Source: an uncultured bacterium
GTDB lineage: Bacteria; Verrucomicrobiota; Verrucomicrobiia; Verrucomicrobiales; DEV007
Assembly: GCA_963977015.1 (NCBI GenBank)
Contig: CAXBMO010000023.1
Coordinates: 34,205-98,204, forward strand
DNA: 64,000 bases
Direction of reading: 5' to 3'
A program made the position numbers and the translations under genes. The notes under the pieces are model-generated. The model was given only the letters and a program-made list of their open reading frames with translations, had not been told where the DNA came from and did not search any database. This document shows, piece after piece, positions 31,191 through 40,742 of the stretch; position 1 is the stretch's first letter; each line of letters opens with the position of its first letter.

Positions 31191-32234
31191 TCAAAGCTTG
31201 GGATTGATGCAGACCTTTAACGCTTCGCCGGATTCCATCAGGGGAAACGCCTCGTTCAACCGGTTCAGCGGAAGCGTGTGCGTGATAATCCGATCGGCAG
31301 GAAACCGGCCGCTTTGAATCAAGGCTTGCGAGGCCTGAAAGTCGCTCATCTTCTCCGAGTAGGAACCCGTCACGATAATTTCTTTGTAGTGAAGATGGTT
31401 GGTGTTGAGCACTGCTGTCGGAGCTGATTTGGGAAGGCCGCCAAAAAATTCAACCCGTGCCCCTTTTCCGGCAATCTCCAGGGCATCTGCCTGGGCATGG
31501 GCGTTGCTGCAGGCCACGATGACGACGCTTGGCCCCAATCCATCGGTAAGCTCTTCCATCCGCTGGAGGTGGGAACCGTCTTTCGTCACCGGGATGGTGC
31601 CGTCAATGTCAAAGGCCCTGGCTTGCTCCAACCGGTTCTCCGACACATCGAGCATCCAGACTTTTTGAGCGCCCTGAAGTCGCGATACGACCGCGTGCAT
31701 CACTCCAATCGGCCCGGCCCCGATCACCGCAACGGTATCGTAGAGCCCGATGTTGAGGCGGCCGTGGGCGTTGATGACACAGCCCAACGGTTCCGCCAGT
31801 CCCATCTGGTCGGATGGCATGTCACTTTCGACTTTGAACAAGTGACCGTTCCGGACTCCCTTTGCCGGGACTTTCAGATAAGGGGCGAACGCACCATCGT
31901 GATGATAGGCCATTGTGGTGCGCGACAGGCACAGATTCTGCCGGCCCATTTTGCAGAAGCGACAGTCGCCGCAAGGCAAGACGATGTACATCACGACGCG
32001 ATCGCCGACCGAGACGTTTCCGTTGGCTCTGGATTCCACAATTGAGCCGCAGAATTCGTGACCAAGAATTCGCGGTGGCTCGATTTTTTGGTCGCCATGG
32101 CGAAAGGTGCGGAGATCAGTTCCACATACGGCGCAGGCATCGACCTCGATGAGGACTTCGCCATCTTCGAGGCTCGGATCCGCGACGTTCTCGATATCGA
32201 TCTGCTCTCTCCCTTTGTAGACGGCGGCTATCAT
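31191..32234 (-). CDS. Zinc-dependent polyol/sugar dehydrogenase (MDR family)
   Basis: CAVCGTD, LGHEFCG, CGDCRFC...C, GAGPIG. The ATGA overlap places the start at 32234. Confidence 0.9.
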   Translation of the reverse strand: MIAAVYKGREQIDIENVADPSLEDGEVLIEVDACAVCGTDLRTFRHGDQKIEPPRILGHEFCGSIVESRANGNVSVGDRVVMYIVLPCGDCRFCKMGRQNLCLSRTTMAYHHDGAFAPYLKVPAKGVRNGHLFKVESDMPSDQMGLAEPLGCVINAHGRLNIGLYDTVAVIGAGPIGVMHAVVSRLQGAQKVWMLDVSENRLEQARAFDIDGTIPVTKDGSHLQRMEELTDGLGPSVVIVACSNAHAQADALEIAGKGARVEFFGGLPKSAPTAVLNTNHLHYKEIIVTGSYSEKMSDFQASQALIQSGRFPADRIITHTLPLNRLNEAFPLMESGEALKVCINPKL

Positions 32235-33637
32235 GACATCCAGTTTTGAGCGGCGTTTGCCGACCACTTTTGAGTGATCTTTTTGGTCTTGGTCCAGAAC
32301 CTGGCTCCATCCTCACCGGTGATATCTCCAACTCCGAAACAGGAGTCGTTCCAGCCCCCGAAGGAAAAGGGTTCGCGTGGGACGGGGACGCCAATGTTGA
32401 CGCCAATCATCCCGGCGCTGGCATGTTCCTCAAAGTAGCGGGCCGTTGCGCCGCTGGTGGTATAGATTGAGGCCGCGTTTCCGTAAGGATTCGCGTTCTC
32501 GATTTCAAGAGCCTCTTCAAGGGTATCGACATGAAGAATGGTGAGGACCGGCCCGAAAATTTCCTCACAGGCTGATTCGTGCCCAACATCAACTCCGTCA
32601 ATCAACGTCGGCCCAACGTAGTAGCCGCCTTCAGCCCCGGCGACCGACACCCCGCGTCCATCAAGACGGATTTTGGCCCCGGCTTTCTCGGCGCGATCAA
32701 TAAATCCTTCAATCCGCTCCTTGGCGGTTGAGCTGATAATGGCGCCGAGATTCTTGCCAGGAACAACGTTTCGCATCTCGCTCTCGATCGCTTTCATCAC
32801 GGCCGAGCAATCACCCACCGTAATGAGGACACTGGCAGCCATGCAACGTTGGCCGGCACAACCCGTCGCTGAGGAAACCACATTTCGAGCGGTCAGTTCA
32901 GGATCCGCGTCAGGAACGACGACCAAATGGTTCTTGGCTCCCCCCAACGCCAACACCCGCTTTCCGTTGGCAATGCCACGATCGTAGACAAGCTTCGCGA
33001 TTTTCGTCGACCCGACGAAGGCGCAGGCTGCGATGCCTGAATGATCCAGAATTGCTTCGACGGTTTCGCGGGAACCCTGAACAACCTGGAACACGTTTTC
33101 GGGCAGGCCGGAATCGAGCAGCAACTCGGCGAGCCGGACGGGGGTGAGCGGCGTTTGCTCGCTGGGTTTCAGCAGAAAGGTGTTTCCGGTCGCAATAGCT
33201 AGGGGAAACATCCAAAGGGGGACCATCGCCGGAAAATTGAAGGGAGTGATGCCGGCACAGACGCCAAGTGGGTAGCGGCGGGAAAAGCAATCAACGCCGC
33301 GGCTGACTTCGAGCTTGGAGCCCTGGCCAATTGAAGGCAGCGCGGTGGCATATTCGACGACTTCGAGCCCTTTCTGAATTCCGGCCTCGGCCTCGGCAGG
33401 AATCTTCCCGTTCTCCGAGCTGACCAACTCAGCCAACTCGGCGAGGTTGGCTTCGACGAGGTTCTTGAACCGGTAAAGAGGTTGAACCCGCTCTTTGATC
33501 GGGGTTTGGCCCCACGAAGCAAACGCCGTCGAAGAACGATGAACGGCGTCATCGATGCCTTTGGTGTCGAGAGGTTGGATCTTCCCAAGCAATCGCCCAT
33601 CGAGAGGGGAGGTGACTTCAATTGGTTTCATGATCAT
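32231..33637 (-). CDS. mmsA: CoA-acylating (methyl)malonate-semialdehyde dehydrogenase (MmsA/IolA)
   Basis: GITPFNFPAMVPLWMFP, LKPSEQTP, ALGGAKNH, GCAGQRCMA, EEIFGPVL, GMIGVNIGVPVP. Confidence 0.88.
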   Translation of the reverse strand: MIMKPIEVTSPLDGRLLGKIQPLDTKGIDDAVHRSSTAFASWGQTPIKERVQPLYRFKNLVEANLAELAELVSSENGKIPAEAEAGIQKGLEVVEYATALPSIGQGSKLEVSRGVDCFSRRYPLGVCAGITPFNFPAMVPLWMFPLAIATGNTFLLKPSEQTPLTPVRLAELLLDSGLPENVFQVVQGSRETVEAILDHSGIAACAFVGSTKIAKLVYDRGIANGKRVLALGGAKNHLVVVPDADPELTARNVVSSATGCAGQRCMAASVLITVGDCSAVMKAIESEMRNVVPGKNLGAIISSTAKERIEGFIDRAEKAGAKIRLDGRGVSVAGAEGGYYVGPTLIDGVDVGHESACEEIFGPVLTILHVDTLEEALEIENANPYGNAASIYTTSGATARYFEEHASAGMIGVNIGVPVPREPFSFGGWNDSCFGVGDITGEDGARFWTKTKKITQKWSANAAQNWMS

Positions 33638-34434
33638 GCATTCAGGCGCAATTCGACTCCTGACGAGGCGATGCCCATTGTTTGGTTGTGTAACTTGTAG
33701 TGATCTCCACGATAAAACAGGCGTTGATACCAGATGGGACAACGCTTTTTGACATAGCCAATTCCTTCGACCAACAGGGCCGGAGTCGGGGGCTCAATGT
33801 TGAAGATGGCGCTTTGTTGAGAATCGAGGACAACTGCGGAAATGGAGTGCTGCTCCCCGGTCATGGGAAGCTCATAGCGATCCTCCAAGGCCCGGTAAAA
33901 CGAATGGGAGACATCCTCAGGCCGAAGTCCCGGCGCGAGCGCTTCCCGAATCCATCGATATTCCAGAATCATGGGAAGCTCATCGGCCAGGCGCAATCGC
34001 TCCAGATAGATCACGCTTTCGTCTTCCTGGTCCGGGATCTCGAGGCCGACTCGAACCGATGCCGGCACCTCTCCGCTTCGTAGTCTTCTGAAGTTCCGGA
34101 CGGAAGTAGACGGTTCCCGGCCTTGGGCCCTGGCGTGGGCGGTAAAGCTTTCCATTCCGCTCAGCGAAGCGAAAAGCGTCTTTTGTTTTCGAACTCTAGC
34201 GCCAATCCCTTTCCGGAGTTCAAGAAGTCCCTCGGCAACCAAACTTGAGATCACCTTGTTTGCGGTGGCGCGACTGACTTCGTAGCGTTCTGCAATCTCT
34301 CGTTCAGAGGGGAAGCGATCACCCGCTTCATAAGCTCCGCTTTGAATGGCGTCTCGGCAGAGGGAGGCCAGTTGAAGATGGATGGGCTCCTGGGCAAAGG
34401 ATATTCCGGGAAGTCTGGCTAAATCGGCGGGCAT
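33634..34434 (-). CDS. GntR-family regulator, HutC subfamily (UTRA domain)
   Basis: FPSEREIAERYEVSRATA...GIGARV wHTH, and a UTRA-like C-terminus (LERLRLADELPMILE...SFYRALE). Confidence 0.9.
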   Translation of the reverse strand: MPADLARLPGISFAQEPIHLQLASLCRDAIQSGAYEAGDRFPSEREIAERYEVSRATANKVISSLVAEGLLELRKGIGARVRKQKTLFASLSGMESFTAHARAQGREPSTSVRNFRRLRSGEVPASVRVGLEIPDQEDESVIYLERLRLADELPMILEYRWIREALAPGLRPEDVSHSFYRALEDRYELPMTGEQHSISAVVLDSQQSAIFNIEPPTPALLVEGIGYVKKRCPIWYQRLFYRGDHYKLHNQTMGIASSGVELRLNA

Positions 34435-34446
34435 CAAAAAAAGGAC

Positions 34447-34496
34447 TTGCTGGCTAGTGGACTAGCCACCTATATGAAACCCGAAACGATTGTCAA
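34447..34496. promoter_or_regulatory. Divergent promoters with palindromic operator TGGCTAGT-GG-ACTAGCCA (34451-34468)
   Basis: Perfect 8-2-8 inverted repeat. Minus strand TTGACA-16-TATAGG points toward the GntR gene. Plus strand TTGCTG-18-TATATG points toward the SDR gene. Confidence 0.65.
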
Positions 34497-34516
34497 ATGG
34501 CTCGAATCAGAAATTC

Positions 34517-35350
34517 ATGAAACGCATTCTCCTCACTGGGGCAGCAGGCATTGTTGGTCGATCCATTCGTCCACTGCTGAGAGAACGGTATGAGCACGTG
34601 GTCCTTGCTGACCTGCAACCAATCCTCGATTTGGCTCCCAACGAGGTCAGTCGCGTTGGCGATTGCGCGGATCAGGCATTTGCGGATGGTCTTGTGGCCA
34701 ATGTCGACGGAGTCATTCATCTGGCGGGATTGGTCGGTGCGAAGTTCTCGTTTGAGGACGTGCTGAGGCCAAATATTCTGGGAACGGAGGTGATTTTCGA
34801 AGCGGTTCGGAAAGCCGGGATTCGCAATATCGTGTTCGCCAGTAGTCATCATGTCGTCGGCTTTCTCCGTAGGGGCGAGTTGGTGGATCATGAAACAGCG
34901 CCGCGTCCGAATAGCCAATACGCCTTGTCCAAAGCCTACGGGGAAAGCGCGGCTTCGCTCTATGCGGACAAATACGGCCTCAATATCCTCGTCGTACGGA
35001 TCGGCTATGTGGGGGACGACTTGAGTAAGGAGCGTCGTCTCAGAACGTGGATCAGCCCGCGCGATCTGGTGCAACTCATCGAGATCGGACTGGGGACACC
35101 CGATTTGGGATGCGAAATTGTCTATGGCGTCTCCGACAATCCTGAACCGCTCTTTGATAATTCCAACGCGTTCCAGTTGGGATATCAGCCACAGGACCGG
35201 TCTGTCGACTTTGTGACTGATGATTCGGTCTTGAAGATTCGCCCCGATCCAACTTCGCTTGAGGAAAGCCTGATTGGTGGCGGATTTGCCGCAGAGGGAT
35301 TCGAAGGGGATCAAGAACGTGTTCTTGGCAACCAACAGAACGAAACTTGA
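34517..35350 (+). CDS. NAD-dependent epimerase/dehydrogenase (uronate dehydrogenase-like extended SDR)
   Basis: ILLTGAAGIVG, IVFASSHHVVGF, YALSKAYGE, VRIG, WISPRD, YGVSDN, LGYQPQD. Confidence 0.8.
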   Translation: MKRILLTGAAGIVGRSIRPLLRERYEHVVLADLQPILDLAPNEVSRVGDCADQAFADGLVANVDGVIHLAGLVGAKFSFEDVLRPNILGTEVIFEAVRKAGIRNIVFASSHHVVGFLRRGELVDHETAPRPNSQYALSKAYGESAASLYADKYGLNILVVRIGYVGDDLSKERRLRTWISPRDLVQLIEIGLGTPDLGCEIVYGVSDNPEPLFDNSNAFQLGYQPQDRSVDFVTDDSVLKIRPDPTSLEESLIGGGFAAEGFEGDQERVLGNQQNET

Positions 35351-36625
35351 TCAGCTGGAGAGAAATTCGGGGATTGTCTCGCTGAGAATGAGACCGATTC
35401 TGGCCCGTTCTTCGTCGCTGAGATAGTCGAAACCGCGAATCGGCTCAGGAGAGGTGAGGATTTCGCGAATGCGCTGGTAGACGGCCTGTTTCATCGCTCC
35501 TGGCAACTTCGTGAATGCCTCGGAGTAGATCATGTAGGAACAGCGGTTCTCGAACATGTGCCCATTCAATTTCAGATCCTTGAGAGAAAGTCCGCTGCTG
35601 GTTTGGCGTCGATCCTTCAAAAAAACTTCCTGGTAGGCCGAATTGCCCTGCAGCTGGTTCGGACCGAGCGACGCTTCGGATTTGAAAAGCAAGTAATCGG
35701 TCAGCTTACGGGCTACCCGATGGTAATAACGTTGAGCGTCCTCGGGCATCCGGTCCAATTGGGACGCATCCTCAACCTGGTAGTCGAAAATGGCCTGTCG
35801 GGCCTTGTAATGGGCCTCCATCAGTTGGTTGTGAATCCCAATCTGGTGGTCAAGAATCAGGAGGGCGAGGATGTCGCTTTTCGCTCCGAAGGGAAATGCC
35901 TCAGGTTGGATAAACGCGCTGAGCGAAGCGAGATTCGCGTGTTCGTCCATATCCAGCCGCACCTGGCCGTTTTCCCGAGTTGCGATCGCATTGCCGAGGT
36001 GGCGCATCTCCCCGTGCTGACCGGTGACATACCATCCGCCCCAGCGTTGATCCATGGGCACCTCGTGACCTGCCAACTCATGGGGAAGGCTTCGGAGACT
36101 TCGGCCGTCCGCAGCGGGATAAATCGATCGCCCGAGCGGACCGGGCATGTAGTTGGTCGCACTTCCGGCGTGACATCCCATGCATCGCCCGGATTCGGCA
36201 ATCACCGGGCTCGTGGTATCGTCCAGCTCTCGTTGGAAGAAAAAGACGGATCCCATCCATGGGTCGATGCTTCCGATTTCAATCCGTCCGCCCGGCATCC
36301 AGCCCAGGTAAACGTCTTCATTGAAGTAAATCGCGCGGGGATTGCCCGGATTGACGACCGCGCGCTGGAGGCTTGTTTTGGTGAACACCATCACCTGCGA
36401 CTCGACCGGAATATCGAGCTCTTTCAGCAAACGACTGACCAGTGGCTTGCCATTTGCTTCGTTGAGTGGCGCAGTCTCGCCTGCTTGAATGCGATCAAGC
36501 AGCCTTGTGACCGGGTCCCGCTTCGCAACCGATCGATAGTTGTGGGGCTCCTCCTGGAAATCGTTATAAAATTCGGCATAAACCACCGACGTTGTAATGA
36601 GTAGGGAGATTGCGAGGTGCTTCAT
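35351..36625 (-). CDS. Conserved hypothetical exported protein with one CxxCH motif
   Basis: Signal peptide MKHLAISLLITTSVVYA, SQVMVFTKTSLQ, NPRAIYFNEDVYLGW, CMGCH, RWGGWYVTG, CSYMIYS. Confidence 0.75.
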   Translation of the reverse strand: MKHLAISLLITTSVVYAEFYNDFQEEPHNYRSVAKRDPVTRLLDRIQAGETAPLNEANGKPLVSRLLKELDIPVESQVMVFTKTSLQRAVVNPGNPRAIYFNEDVYLGWMPGGRIEIGSIDPWMGSVFFFQRELDDTTSPVIAESGRCMGCHAGSATNYMPGPLGRSIYPAADGRSLRSLPHELAGHEVPMDQRWGGWYVTGQHGEMRHLGNAIATRENGQVRLDMDEHANLASLSAFIQPEAFPFGAKSDILALLILDHQIGIHNQLMEAHYKARQAIFDYQVEDASQLDRMPEDAQRYYHRVARKLTDYLLFKSEASLGPNQLQGNSAYQEVFLKDRRQTSSGLSLKDLKLNGHMFENRCSYMIYSEAFTKLPGAMKQAVYQRIREILTSPEPIRGFDYLSDEERARIGLILSETIPEFLSS

Positions 36626-36723
36626 GGGGCGGAGGTGAATGAGCAATGACCAAACCCACGTCGATTGTAACCGCAACCTTGCAATCGTTTAGGAAAGGAA
36701 CGAAAAGTGAGTGCGCCGCCCCT

Positions 36724-38211
36724 ATGAAGTTGAAGCAAACGATTCTGATCGTCGATAACGAGGATGACTATTTGGCCTGGGCGAAAGGCCATCTGTCAGC
36801 CCCAACCGTCTCTATTTCCGTTGCGAATGATGCCGAGCTCGCCCTGAAGAAGTTTCAGGAGGAGCGTCCCAGTATTGTGATCGCGGAGCTCCGAATTGCA
36901 CCGTTTAACGGATTGGAGCTTCTGCGGAAAATGCGCCATATCGACCCGAATGCGATGGTCCTGTTGACGACCGGATTCCCGCCAACCAGCGCCGTGATCG
37001 AGGCGATGAAGCTTGGCGCCTACGATTTCCTTCGCAAGGAAGCCTTAACCTATGAATTGCGCCCGGTCGTTGAAACCGTGCTTCAGGCGCACGAGGAAAT
37101 TCGGGTTGAATCGAACAAGGAAACTCCGCGCAAAGAGGAAACGAATCAGGAAGACCACCAAGACAGCATCATCGGGAAATCGTCGGCGATGCAGGAGGTT
37201 TTCAAGATGATTGGCCGGGTTTCGCGGGCCGACGCGCCGGTCCTGATTACCGGCGAGAGTGGTTGTGGCAAAGAGGTGGTCGCCAATGCCATTCATCGTT
37301 TCAGTCCCCGGGCGAAGAACGAATATGTCGCGATCAACTGTGCTGCGATTCCGGCCGATTTGCTGGAAAGCGAGTTGTTTGGTCACGAAAAAGGAGCCTT
37401 TACGGGAGCCAGTCAGCAGCGGATTGGCCGATTTGAACAATGCGACGGCGGCACGCTCTTTCTTGATGAAATCGGTGACATGCCGATGGCGGTGCAGAGC
37501 AAGATCCTCCGCGTCCTCCAGCAGGGCGAATATTCGCGCGTTGGCGGAAATCAGACGTTGAACAGCGATGTTCGGATTCTGGCGGCGACAAACAAGGATC
37601 TTGAGGGGGATGTCGAACGCGGAAAATTCCGTGAGGATTTGTTTTATCGACTCAATGTGGTCCGGATCCATCTCCCGCCCTTGCGTGACCGGCGGGAAGA
37701 CATTCCGCTTTTGGTCGATTTCTTCCTGATCCGGATTTCGAAATCTCGTCACAGCGATCCCATTCGGGTGAGTGACGAAGCCATGCAGCTCTTGCAGAGT
37801 TACGACTGGCCGGGCAACGTTCGGGAATTGGAGAATACGATGCAAAGGGCCTGCGTTCTCGCGACCAGCAACGTGCTGCTCTCCAAGGATATTCCCCTGG
37901 GGCGTGTTCCGCGCCGGCCTGACATGCCGGAAGATTCTCAATCAGCGTTGCCGAATGCAAATCCCGGGCATTCACCTGCGCCAGCCGCCGCGGCGGTTTC
38001 AGATGGCGACATTTCCCTTGAACAAGCCGTCCAAGCCCTGTTCAAGGCTGCGGAAGCTGATGAGGATCTTCAACTCCTACCTTGGCTGGAGCGGGAAATG
38101 ACCCTTTACGCCATGGACAAGGTGAACGGAAACCAAGTTCACGCGGCTCGCCTGCTCGGAATCACTCGCGGCACGTTGCGCAAGCGCCTGGAGCGATACG
38201 AAATCACCTGA
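36724..38211 (+). CDS. Sigma-54-dependent activator (receiver, AAA+, Fis HTH; NtrC-like)
   Basis: ILIVDNE receiver, GESGCGKE, ELFGHEKGAFTGA, LFLDEIGDM, FREDLFYRLNV, WPGNVRELEN, GNQVHAARLLGITRGTL. Confidence 0.93.
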   Translation: MKLKQTILIVDNEDDYLAWAKGHLSAPTVSISVANDAELALKKFQEERPSIVIAELRIAPFNGLELLRKMRHIDPNAMVLLTTGFPPTSAVIEAMKLGAYDFLRKEALTYELRPVVETVLQAHEEIRVESNKETPRKEETNQEDHQDSIIGKSSAMQEVFKMIGRVSRADAPVLITGESGCGKEVVANAIHRFSPRAKNEYVAINCAAIPADLLESELFGHEKGAFTGASQQRIGRFEQCDGGTLFLDEIGDMPMAVQSKILRVLQQGEYSRVGGNQTLNSDVRILAATNKDLEGDVERGKFREDLFYRLNVVRIHLPPLRDRREDIPLLVDFFLIRISKSRHSDPIRVSDEAMQLLQSYDWPGNVRELENTMQRACVLATSNVLLSKDIPLGRVPRRPDMPEDSQSALPNANPGHSPAPAAAAVSDGDISLEQAVQALFKAAEADEDLQLLPWLEREMTLYAMDKVNGNQVHAARLLGITRGTLRKRLERYEIT

Positions 38212-39337
38212 CCAGAAATCGGACGTTCACGGGGGAATCGACCGCGATTTCGCTGCCGGTAGGTTCCAGCGCACCGGTCTCCTGGTTAATTTTGAGAACG
38301 ACCACATTGTGGGAGCGTTGGTTTCCGACGACCAAAAATTGACCGCTCGGATCAATCCCAAACCCGCGAGGAATCTCTCCCTGCGTTGATTCGCGTTCGA
38401 CCGGGGTCAATGATCCCGTCGATTCGTCAATCTCAAACACGGCAATCGAGTTTGGGCCGCGATTGGAAACGTAGAGAAATCTCCCGCTGGGATGGACCAG
38501 CGTTTCTGCGGTGCTGTTTCCTTTCTGCGGGGTGCCTTCGGGGACCGTGGGATAGGTATCGAGGAGTTCCATTGTCCCCGAACTCGCGTCGTAGGCAATC
38601 GCGGCGACCTCGAGCGTCATTTCCAGATTGGCGAAAGCAAATTTGCCACTTGGATGAAATGACAGATGGCGTGGCCCTCCTCCTGGAGGCGTCTGCAGAA
38701 ACGGTTGCTTGGATGGCGTTAGTTTGCCCGAAGTCGGATCCAAATCGTAAATCAGGATCTTGTCCAAGCCCAGATCTGCGGCAAAGGCGCGCCGATCTGC
38801 GGGATCCACGTTGATGGAGTGAGCGTGCGGGCCTTCCTGTCGGCGAGGATCCACGCTGCTTCCTTCATGCTGCATGGTTGATCCGGCTTCGCCGATTGAG
38901 CCGTCATCCGCAATGGGGTAGGACGTGCAATTTCCGCCGCTGTAGTTGGCGACCAGCAACGATTTTCCGAGGGAATCCATCGAAACATGGCAAGGATGCG
39001 CCCCGCCGGTTGGTTGTTGGTTGAGAAGCGTCAAATCCCCGACCGTGTCGATGGAAAATGCGCTGACGGAACCCGTTTTCTTGCCATTGCCCGTCGCGAT
39101 TTCGGAGACCGAATACAAATATTGGCCATTGGGATGGATCACGACAAACGACGGGTCCTTGGTTTCGGCGGCAAGTTGGGGCGCTGAGAGTTGCCCGGTC
39201 GTCAAGTCGAGCGTTGATCGATAGATGCCTTCGCTGTCTCCCTTCGTGTAGGTTCCAATGTAGGCCCAGGTTTCGGCGTGCATTGTGCCGACGAGAGACC
39301 AAAGCAGGAAAAGAAGGAAGGGGGCTTTTCGAATCAT
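38204..39337 (-). CDS. pgl: 6-phosphogluconolactonase / cycloisomerase-2 family beta-propeller with signal peptide
   Basis: AYIGTYT, HPCHV, LLVANYSGG, RQEGPHAH, ADLGLD, GGPRH, YVSNRG, PRGF. Confidence 0.85.
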   Translation of the reverse strand: MIRKAPFLLFLLWSLVGTMHAETWAYIGTYTKGDSEGIYRSTLDLTTGQLSAPQLAAETKDPSFVVIHPNGQYLYSVSEIATGNGKKTGSVSAFSIDTVGDLTLLNQQPTGGAHPCHVSMDSLGKSLLVANYSGGNCTSYPIADDGSIGEAGSTMQHEGSSVDPRRQEGPHAHSINVDPADRRAFAADLGLDKILIYDLDPTSGKLTPSKQPFLQTPPGGGPRHLSFHPSGKFAFANLEMTLEVAAIAYDASSGTMELLDTYPTVPEGTPQKGNSTAETLVHPSGRFLYVSNRGPNSIAVFEIDESTGSLTPVERESTQGEIPRGFGIDPSGQFLVVGNQRSHNVVVLKINQETGALEPTGSEIAVDSPVNVRFLVR

Positions 39338-39431
39338 GAGGCCACGCTAGGCAAGCAAAGACATCGCGCAAATCTCAAATTTGAATTCCGGCCGTTTGCA
39401 ACAATGTTAGGGCATCGATCTCTTTACCAAT

Positions 39432-40742
39432 ATTCCTCCCAAGTCTTCAGGCGCCTACCGGGTTCTCCACACTGCCGATTGGCATCTGGGGAAACCGCTC
39501 GGTGACCTTTCCCGCGCCGAAGAACACCAGTCGTTCCTGGCGTTTCTCCTGAAAACGATCCAAGAATTCGGCATCGATGCGCTGATCGTTGCCGGGGATA
39601 TCTTTGATTCGGCTCATCCTCCCCAGTCCGCCATTCGGCAGTATTTCGACTTTATTTCGGCACTCTATCGTGAGACCGGATGCACGATGGTTGTGACGGG
39701 AGGAAATCACGATTCTCCTTCGCATCTCGAGTCCCCGCGTGAATTGCTGTCCGCTCTCCGCGTTCACGTGATTGGGAATCTGCCCGGAAAGATGGAAGAG
39801 GCACTCATTCCGTTGCCGTGTGCGGACCATCCACAGGTCATTGTCGCAGCGATTCCCTTCCTTCGGGATCGCGATCTTCGTTCAGGAAAGTCGGGTGAAT
39901 CCGCTACGTCCATCCAGGCGCAATTGGCGTCGGGCATTGGCAAAGTCTATGCCAAAGCCCATGCTGCGGCGAAACCGTGGATCGCAAAGGGAGCCGCCTT
40001 TCTCGCGACCGGACATTTGACGATGAACGGCAGCCAGGTGTGCCCGTTGGCAAAAGGAGGGAGTGAACGCGAGATCCACATTGGAGGACTTGGTTCGATC
40101 GATGCGTCGCGGTTGCCTTCGGAGATTGATTACCTCGCTTTGGGGCATTTGCATCGACCGCAATTGGTGGGGGAGTTGGAACATTTTCGCTATTCGGGGT
40201 CACCGCTTCCGCTGAGTTTTGCCGAGGCCGGTGATGAAAAGGAGGTTCGGGTTCTCGATTTTGAAGGCGGGAAGTTGACCGGAAATTTTGGCGTGAGGTT
40301 GCCGCTTCCTCGTCGATTGATTCAATGGCGACTTCAGCGTGAACAACTGAGTTTTTACCTTCGTGAAAAGCGCCCTCCCAAGTCCAAACTGACGCCGTGG
40401 GTCGAGGTCATTGTGACGGATCCGCGCCCCGGAGAGAACCTGTTCGAGACGGTTCGTGAGTTGGCGAAAGACCGACCCTATGAAGTAGTTCGTGTGGTCA
40501 GTAGCCGGGTTACGCCAATCTCGCAGTTCCAGTTGGGAACGTTTCGGGATGAAAGTGAGGCGGATGATCTGATGGCGAATCCCGAACGGATCTTTGACTG
40601 TCGATTGGAGGAATCTGAAGACTACTCGGAGGCTGAGAAGGAGGAACTTCGCATCGCGTTTGCGGAGTTGTTGGAAATGAATCGCGAGGAAGAGGCCAAC
40701 GCCGGTGTCTTGCCGAATTTGACCACGGTTCCATCGGTATGA
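39432..40742 (+). CDS. sbcD: Exonuclease SbcD (Mre11-like); start codon non-canonical or uncertain
   Basis: In frame upstream of the tracked ORF: RVLHTADWHLG (His codon at 39468), IVAGDIFD, then GGNHDS, LATGH, LALGHLHRPQ, YSGSPLPLSF. There is an in-frame stop at 39408 and no ATG/GTG/TTG before motif I; ATT at 39432 is the best-placed start. Confidence 0.85.
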   Translation: MPPKSSGAYRVLHTADWHLGKPLGDLSRAEEHQSFLAFLLKTIQEFGIDALIVAGDIFDSAHPPQSAIRQYFDFISALYRETGCTMVVTGGNHDSPSHLESPRELLSALRVHVIGNLPGKMEEALIPLPCADHPQVIVAAIPFLRDRDLRSGKSGESATSIQAQLASGIGKVYAKAHAAAKPWIAKGAAFLATGHLTMNGSQVCPLAKGGSEREIHIGGLGSIDASRLPSEIDYLALGHLHRPQLVGELEHFRYSGSPLPLSFAEAGDEKEVRVLDFEGGKLTGNFGVRLPLPRRLIQWRLQREQLSFYLREKRPPKSKLTPWVEVIVTDPRPGENLFETVRELAKDRPYEVVRVVSSRVTPISQFQLGTFRDESEADDLMANPERIFDCRLEESEDYSEAEKEELRIAFAELLEMNREEEANAGVLPNLTTVPSV

